From positions 1-43,700 of the forward strand of contig JBKCGY010000168.1 in NCBI GenBank assembly GCA_046303015.1: DNA of 43,700 bases, given 5' to 3'. The stretch comes from Bacteroidota bacterium (GTDB taxonomy: Bacteria > Bacteroidota > Bacteroidia > Chitinophagales > Chitinophagaceae). Both the position numbers and the translations under genes were made by a program. This document shows, in pieces, positions 38,030 to 43,700 of this stretch. The stretch's first letter is position 1; every line of letters begins with the position of its first letter. Under the pieces are notes generated by a model, which saw only the letters and a program-made list of their open reading frames with translations, was not told where the DNA came from and searched no databases.

Positions 38030-39013
38030 CTATTTTTTCATGTACATCACCTCTTTTACAATGCTGACAGTACGAGGAATGTCGGGCAGATAGGCCGCCA
38101 CCAGATTGGGTGCATAGTGCATGGGGGCATCCACACTGGTGATACGGCGGACAGGAGCGTCCAGATAATCAAAACCTTCTTTTTGTATTCTGTAGGCAAT
38201 CTCAGAAGAAACAGAACACATAGGCCACTGCTCTTCTACAATTACCAAACGGTTCGTCTTTTTTACACTTTCCAGGATCGTGAACCAGTCGAGCGGACGA
38301 ATGGTTCTGAGGTCAATCACTTCAGCCTCAATCCCTTCTTTAGCCAACTCCTCAGCTGCACCTAATGCCACTTTCATCATTTTATTAAATGAAACTATAG
38401 TAACATCTCTGCCGGTACGCTTTACATCGGCCTTGCCGATCTCAATTAGATATTCCCCTTCCGGCACTTCCCCTTTGTCGCCATACATCACTTCACTTTC
38501 CATAAAAACAACCGGATCATTATCGCGAATAGCGGCCTTCAGCAAACCCTTGGCATCATAAGGATTCGAAGGAGAAATCACCTTTAATCCGGGAATATTG
38601 GCATAATAACTTTCAAAAGCAGTAGAGTGCTGGGCGCCTAACTGTCCGGCACTTCCATTGGCTCCACGAAATACGATCGGACATCCGACTTGTCCACCAC
38701 TCATGGCCAACATTTTAGAAGCCGTATTTAAAATCTGATCCAATGCCAGTACCGCAAAGTTCCAGGTCATGAATTCTACGATCGGACGTAGTCCGTTTTG
38801 GGCGGATCCCACGGCCACGGCGGTAAAGCCCAACTCGGCGATGGGGGTATCAATCACCCGCTTTTCACCAAATTCATCCAGCATACCCTGGCTCACTTTA
38901 TAAGCTCCATTATATTCGGCTACTTCCTCTCCCATCAGGTACACACGATCATCCCGACGCATTTCTTCCTGCATCGCTTCTCTAAGCGCTTCGCGCATGG
39001 CTATTGTTCTCAT
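38030..39013 (-). CDS. pdhB: Pyruvate dehydrogenase E1 beta subunit
   Basis: MGEEVAEYNGAYKVSQG, DTPIAE, GAQHS and EVIDLRTIRPLD. Confidence 0.95.
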   Translation of the reverse strand: MRTIAMREALREAMQEEMRRDDRVYLMGEEVAEYNGAYKVSQGMLDEFGEKRVIDTPIAELGFTAVAVGSAQNGLRPIVEFMTWNFAVLALDQILNTASKMLAMSGGQVGCPIVFRGANGSAGQLGAQHSTAFESYYANIPGLKVISPSNPYDAKGLLKAAIRDNDPVVFMESEVMYGDKGEVPEGEYLIEIGKADVKRTGRDVTIVSFNKMMKVALGAAEELAKEGIEAEVIDLRTIRPLDWFTILESVKKTNRLVIVEEQWPMCSVSSEIAYRIQKEGFDYLDAPVRRITSVDAPMHYAPNLVAAYLPDIPRTVSIVKEVMYMKK

Positions 39014-39088
39014 GAAACTTAAATTTTGCGGTAAACAGTCACTTTTAGATGGCTGCTCCCTGGTCTAATCGATCGAAAATTCGCGATG

Positions 39089-39120
39089 CAAAATTATTGG
39101 AACCAAACCAAACCCCCAAA
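39089..39120 (-). promoter_or_regulatory. Full Bacteroidota housekeeping promoter for pdhB
   Basis: Minus strand TTTG (39120-39117), N20, TAATTTTG (39096-39089). Confidence 0.8.
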
Positions 39121-39137
39121 AGCAGTTCAGCAAACTT

Positions 39138-39188
39138 CAATAAAGATGCCCTTCCCGCCGGTACAGTCAGAACCGACAGAAAGGGCAT
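39138..39188 (-). terminator. Long hairpin, probable terminator after the PorP/SprF-family gene
   Basis: Minus-strand RNA AUGCCCUUUCUGUCGGU-(9 nt)-ACCGGCGGGAAGGGCAU forms a 17-bp stem with three G-U pairs, followed by CUUUAUU. Confidence 0.7.
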
Positions 39189-39224
39189 ATCTTTCTGTTC
39201 AACCATTCATTAAGTGAGATGTGG

Positions 39225-40244
39225 TTAAAGAACCGGACACCGTACCTTATCTAGAGAAGAATTTCTGGTATTTAAAAATGTTTTGTAAGAAAGCGTTACT
39301 TCAGCACCGCCCCTTAATTGAGAAGCAGTAGAGAGTTTACTGATATTAATATCGTATGTGACACCAAAGCTAACCTTCAAATAGTCTAATTTAACAACCG
39401 GTATCACCGCATCATTTACCCGATGAAACACACCAAAACTGATGGAATAGTTAGGCTCTTCGATTTGTTGCATCAGATTATGTTTGTATAAAAGTCCTCC
39501 CTGCATAGCTGAGTTGCCCCCCTGATGAAAATAATCGGCATAGAAAAAAAGCTGATCATAATCGGTTATGTTGGCAGACAATCCTCCATTGACCGCAATC
39601 TTTTTATTCAACCGAATATCTACATTTTGATTAAAAGCAACTTTGGGCTGGTTGAAGTGTGAATAAGCGGCGCCAATATAGAATTTATACTTATAGCCCA
39701 GATCACCACTCAAAGCCATGCCAGCTGACATATCCCAGTAAGTAGCATTTGTATTATTGAATGTCTGACGAGTCGGATTCATCTGGCTGTATGATCCATT
39801 TACAAACTGATCGTCAAATTTCATTTTAGAAGCATCAAAACGTTGTTGTACGATGCCTCCCTGAAAACCGGCAGACAAGAACAAGTTTTTATATTGGCTC
39901 AATGATTTATGAAAAGTAAACGAAGGCAATACTTGAGTTTTGCCCAAACGCGAATCGCCTGCTACATCATTTGTAACAACGAGTCCGATACTGTAAAAAT
40001 TATCGGTAAATTCATTGATCCCTGATTTAGTCTCAATACCTATACCTGTGGTACTGTTCTGACCCAACAGCTGATTCCACTGTGAGCGATAAATGGAGGT
40101 AACGCGAACATCTCCTTTAAATATACCAGCCAGGGCAGGATTCCGTAAGGCGGGCATTTCATAAAACTGAGAAAAATTAATGTCCTGAGCGTTTGCTGTA
40201 TAAGCAAACAAGAGAATGATGAGTTTTAAAATTGACTGTTTCAT
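39225..40244 (-). CDS. Type IX secretion system PorP/SprF family outer-membrane protein
   Basis: Signal peptide, QDINFSQF...NPALAG, YRSQW, HFNQP and TYDINISKL...GGAEVTLSY. Confidence 0.92.
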   Translation of the reverse strand: MKQSILKLIILLFAYTANAQDINFSQFYEMPALRNPALAGIFKGDVRVTSIYRSQWNQLLGQNSTTGIGIETKSGINEFTDNFYSIGLVVTNDVAGDSRLGKTQVLPSFTFHKSLSQYKNLFLSAGFQGGIVQQRFDASKMKFDDQFVNGSYSQMNPTRQTFNNTNATYWDMSAGMALSGDLGYKYKFYIGAAYSHFNQPKVAFNQNVDIRLNKKIAVNGGLSANITDYDQLFFYADYFHQGGNSAMQGGLLYKHNLMQQIEEPNYSISFGVFHRVNDAVIPVVKLDYLKVSFGVTYDINISKLSTASQLRGGAEVTLSYKTFLNTRNSSLDKVRCPVL

Positions 40245-40300
40245 AAGATTTGGATTTATTAGGATGAATGGATGAATACTTATTTTACATGTTGTGAATT

Positions 40301-43300
40301 TTATTTAACTAAGGTTATATTTCCTTTATAGGTAAAGGGTGTTCCGTTTGAACACTCCACTTCCAGCATATACACATATACGGCAGGACCTGACTCCTGT
40401 CCTTTGTACTTACCATCCCACGCATTCGCCTGATCATTCGGCTGGAAATTATAGCGCTCAAACACCATTTCTCCCCAGCGGTTAAAGATGCGGAAATAAC
40501 GCACTTTACTGACACCTCTCGCACGCACCATCAATATATCATTGATGCCGTCTCCGTCAGGAGTAAAGGCATTGGGAACAAACACCTGGCTGTTTTCACA
40601 AAACACTTTAAAGCTGATTGTATCTTTTGCAATACAACCATAAGTCGTTACTGCCGTAGCAGTATAAGTAATATTATTACCGGGCGCTGCAACAGGCTCT
40701 GCACAATCGACACAACTCAAGTCGGTTGCAGGTGTCCAGCTCCATGATTTGATAGGCCCATTCGTTACCGCCGGTTTTATTTTGAAAGGAGCACCGGTGT
40801 TCAAGTTTTGATCGGAGCCTAATTCAATAGAAGGGATCTTACCTACACCAATTCTTACAAACGCCGTATCAGTGAAACACTGATTATCTGATCCAATCAC
40901 ACGATATGTAGTACTAATAGAAGGTGATGCAACAGGTGTTGCACTCAAAGGATTGCTCAATCCAACCGCCGGAGACCAGGTATAACTATTAGCGCCTGAA
41001 ACCGTCAGCTGCATCGATTTGCCCAGACAAAGGCTATCACTTTTACTGGCAGATATTTTAAAAGGTTGTTTAACACTTACACTTACTGTATCGAAATGAT
41101 AGCATCCGTTTGCTGCAGTTCCTTTCGCTACATATTGGGTAGATGTATAAGGTCGAGCAATGGGATTAGGACAATTGGTACAACTTAATCCTTCTACAGG
41201 ATACCAAGCATAAGTGATTGCCCCTGTGGCTTGCAAACCAATACTTTTTTCACGACAGATGGTAGCATCATTGGATGTTTGCACTTTTGGTGACTGCAGC
41301 ACCTGAAGGTCCAGGGTTGCTGTATCAAAACATTGTTGGTTACTACCTGCAATCAAAGTAATCTTATATACTCCTGTATTTACAAATTTATAATTCAGTT
41401 TATCAGTGCCGGCAGTATAACCATTTGAGATTTGCCACTTATAAAAAGTAATATCATTAGATGAAGGGAAAGATGCTTTGAACTCAGACGCCAGATCTGT
41501 ACAAGCAGTGTTTTTGCCACTGATCTGCACATCAGGTTTCTGATTAATATCAATTGTTAAAGTTTGTGCTGTTGTATCATTACATCCTACTTTACCGTTC
41601 ACCATCATTCTAACCGGATAATTTCCATGGATCATATAGCGATGTGTAACACTTGCACCCGTTCCTGTTGTGCCATCCCCAAAAATCCATTGAATTTGAT
41701 TAGCTCCATAAAGAGAACGGGAAGTATCAACAAATTGTACATCCGTATATCCGCACGATTTTTGAACAATTGTTTTGAAGCCCGCTTCAATATTTTCTAT
41801 TCTTACCGTATCTTTTAATTTGATCTCATACACACAACCACTCACATTACGTAAATAAACTGATGGAATAAAAATGCCTGGCTTAGTAAAGCGGTGGTAA
41901 ACCATGCCGGTATTACCGGTTACTTGTTTGGAACCATCTCCGAAATTCCACTCAATAGAATCGGTATTAAAGGCAGCCGCAGTAAACTGAACCGGAACAT
42001 CCGCACAGTAATAGCCGGATTTCACTTTAGCAGTACCTTCAGGAGCGACTACTGTGATACTCTTTGCAGCAGTATACGTGCATCCGCTTGTACTCTTAAC
42101 CACTAAACGAGCCTGATAAGCTCCGTTATTAAAATACGTATGTGAGGGATTAAATTCAGTAGATATATTTCCATCGCCGAAATCCCAACTTACTGAACTT
42201 ACAGAAGCCACAGGCTGTTGAAAATTAACAACAAAAGGCGTACATGTACCTCTGTCACTGCTTAATGCAAACGTGGTCATCAAACTATCTTTTATAATAA
42301 CTCTTTGTGTCGCCGTATCATGACAAACCACACCGGGAGCATGCTGAATGGAAGCAACCAGTTTCACATCAAAAGCACCTCCGGAAGTGTAAGCATAAGC
42401 GGGATTTGGAAGAGCAGAACGAACACCGTTTCCGAATATCCAAGTAGATGTGTTCGCTCCCTGTGATGCGTTGGCAAACTGAATATTTTCACCGCGGCAA
42501 ACCGTATTTTTATCAGAACTGAAGCCAGCCACAGGAGCTGTATATGTTTGCACTGCCGTTACATAGGCAGATGTATCAGAGCATCCATTACTAGAAAATA
42601 CTTTTACATCAAACTTGCCAAGGGCAACATAAGTATGATATACCGTGTCTTTACCATTGGAACGGATGATCACATTACCATCCCCAAAATCCCATTTGTA
42701 AGAATTGGAGCCGGATGAATGATTCACAAACTTAACCGTTAAAGGAGCGCATCCTTTCGTCAGATTGCCATCCGCCTTTACATCCATTTTGATTGAGTTG
42801 GGACGTATCTGAACGGGAATGATAACCGTATCGGCACCGCAGAAGTTTCTCGCAATGAGTCGGGCTGGAAATGTAGATACCGCCCCTGTATAATACCAAT
42901 GACTGATGGTGTCTTTGACAGTATGAGTAACGGATGCAGTACCATCTCCGAAATTCCACTCATAGGTATTATTGAGACCGGCTGATGTATTCGTAAACAA
43001 AATCTCTACCGGTGAGCAACCCACTACTCTGTTTGCTGTAAATGAAGTGCCGGGTGCAGAACGAACTACAACCTTTTGAGTATATTCAGCTGTATCACAT
43101 GCATTGTAAACCGATAATTTAATCGTGTACGTTGTATCACCATATGATGCAGCCGGCATAAATTTAATAGCGGAAGGCTGATATGCAGAAGATATCTGTC
43201 CGTTTCCAAAATCCCAGCGATAACTCAATAAACTGCTATTCGGAGAAAGATTATTCAAGCTGATCATAGCAGGTCCGCAAACAGTATCAACAGAAGTTGC

Positions 43301-43700
43301 AAAAGTAGATTGCGGAACCGGGCGAGTATAGAATAATTGTTCCTGCATATCATTTTTACAACCTTTCCCATTGATTACATTAAGCTTGACAATAACACTG
43401 TCATCCGCATCCTGAATGATATATCCGGGGAAATTTTTTGTACTGCCAATTGGCTGATTATTGACAAACCACTGGAACTGTGTGCCGTCAACTTCAGCAG
43501 AAGCATTGAATACGTTTGCTGAACTCAACTGAAATGGCGCACATCCTACATTGGAATTAACATTCATGATCGCTTTCGCATCCGGATTAACGGTCACCGT
43601 TACCTTGAATGTATTACTATTACAATTTCCTTCTTCTCCCGAAACAGCTATGACTGTGTACGTTAATGTTGCAGGAGTAAAGGTATTATTGGTTAATATC
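40301..43700 (-). CDS. Large PKD-repeat surface protein with T9SS type-B (gliding-motility/CHU_C) C-terminal domain; 5' end outside the window
   Basis: Seven WxFG(D/N)G PKD motifs, three WxPxxxLS repeats, and CTD VPNAFTPDGDGINDIL...IFNRWG...WDG...KGNITLVK. The frame stays open from 43597 to the window edge (ILTNNTFTPATLTYTVIAVS...). Confidence 0.93.
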   Translation of the reverse strand, partial: ILTNNTFTPATLTYTVIAVSGEEGNCNSNTFKVTVTVNPDAKAIMNVNSNVGCAPFQLSSANVFNASAEVDGTQFQWFVNNQPIGSTKNFPGYIIQDADDSVIVKLNVINGKGCKNDMQEQLFYTRPVPQSTFATSVDTVCGPAMISLNNLSPNSSLLSYRWDFGNGQISSAYQPSAIKFMPAASYGDTTYTIKLSVYNACDTAEYTQKVVVRSAPGTSFTANRVVGCSPVEILFTNTSAGLNNTYEWNFGDGTASVTHTVKDTISHWYYTGAVSTFPARLIARNFCGADTVIIPVQIRPNSIKMDVKADGNLTKGCAPLTVKFVNHSSGSNSYKWDFGDGNVIIRSNGKDTVYHTYVALGKFDVKVFSSNGCSDTSAYVTAVQTYTAPVAGFSSDKNTVCRGENIQFANASQGANTSTWIFGNGVRSALPNPAYAYTSGGAFDVKLVASIQHAPGVVCHDTATQRVIIKDSLMTTFALSSDRGTCTPFVVNFQQPVASVSSVSWDFGDGNISTEFNPSHTYFNNGAYQARLVVKSTSGCTYTAAKSITVVAPEGTAKVKSGYYCADVPVQFTAAAFNTDSIEWNFGDGSKQVTGNTGMVYHRFTKPGIFIPSVYLRNVSGCVYEIKLKDTVRIENIEAGFKTIVQKSCGYTDVQFVDTSRSLYGANQIQWIFGDGTTGTGASVTHRYMIHGNYPVRMMVNGKVGCNDTTAQTLTIDINQKPDVQISGKNTACTDLASEFKASFPSSNDITFYKWQISNGYTAGTDKLNYKFVNTGVYKITLIAGSNQQCFDTATLDLQVLQSPKVQTSNDATICREKSIGLQATGAITYAWYPVEGLSCTNCPNPIARPYTSTQYVAKGTAANGCYHFDTVSVSVKQPFKISASKSDSLCLGKSMQLTVSGANSYTWSPAVGLSNPLSATPVASPSISTTYRVIGSDNQCFTDTAFVRIGVGKIPSIELGSDQNLNTGAPFKIKPAVTNGPIKSWSWTPATDLSCVDCAEPVAAPGNNITYTATAVTTYGCIAKDTISFKVFCENSQVFVPNAFTPDGDGINDILMVRARGVSKVRYFRIFNRWGEMVFERYNFQPNDQANAWDGKYKGQESGPAVYVYMLEVECSNGTPFTYKGNITLVK

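Noticed and set aside
38030-39013. pdhB without pdhA or E2 neighbours
   Set aside because: PDH subunit genes are commonly dispersed in Bacteroidota
40262-40277. Tandem GGATGAAT x2 between the PKD gene and the PorP-like gene
   Set aside because: Two 8-bp copies only, compatible with chance slippage
1-43700. Mobile element, prophage, defence system, CRISPR array or structural RNA gene
   Set aside because: No integrase, transposase or nuclease motifs, repeat-spacer array or tRNA/rRNA-like sequence was seen; nearly all ORFs are recognisable core genes

Overview
Core-genome region of a Bacteroidota chromosome. The evidence is TAnnTTTG promoter elements, a T9SS type-B substrate next to a PorP/SprF-family gene, and the Bacteroidota dcw gene order; Chitinophagaceae-like is my inference from protein style. 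The minus strand from 1 to 17 kb holds a complete dcw cluster (mraZ-rsmH-ftsL-ftsI-murE-mraY-murD-ftsW-murG-murC-ftsQ-ftsA-ftsZ) followed by a peroxiredoxin. Upstream of it lie an orphan RprX-like histidine kinase, a K+-dependent membrane pyrophosphatase with an extra C-terminal domain, nnr and a small His-bearing membrane protein. A plus-strand block follows: TPR lipoprotein, rpe, TonB-dependent receptor, phoH, lipoprotein, crcB/fluc, parB without parA, DUF5683-like gene and dapB. The last block is minus-strand: lolA, ftsK, DUF423, aroK, rpsA, pdhB, a PorP/SprF-family gene and a large PKD-repeat T9SS substrate cut by the window end. I see no mobile element, CRISPR array, rRNA/tRNA or defence island, and no convincing new multi-gene system. 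The best leads are small. They are MraZ repeats plus DnaA boxes upstream of the dcw operon, two adjacent perfect palindromes upstream of nnr, promoter elements placed so that parB and ftsK would be near-leaderless, a direct-repeat-flanked segment between mraY and murD, and the pyrophosphatase's gate residues and tail. All family assignments are from motif recognition by eye; no searches were run.
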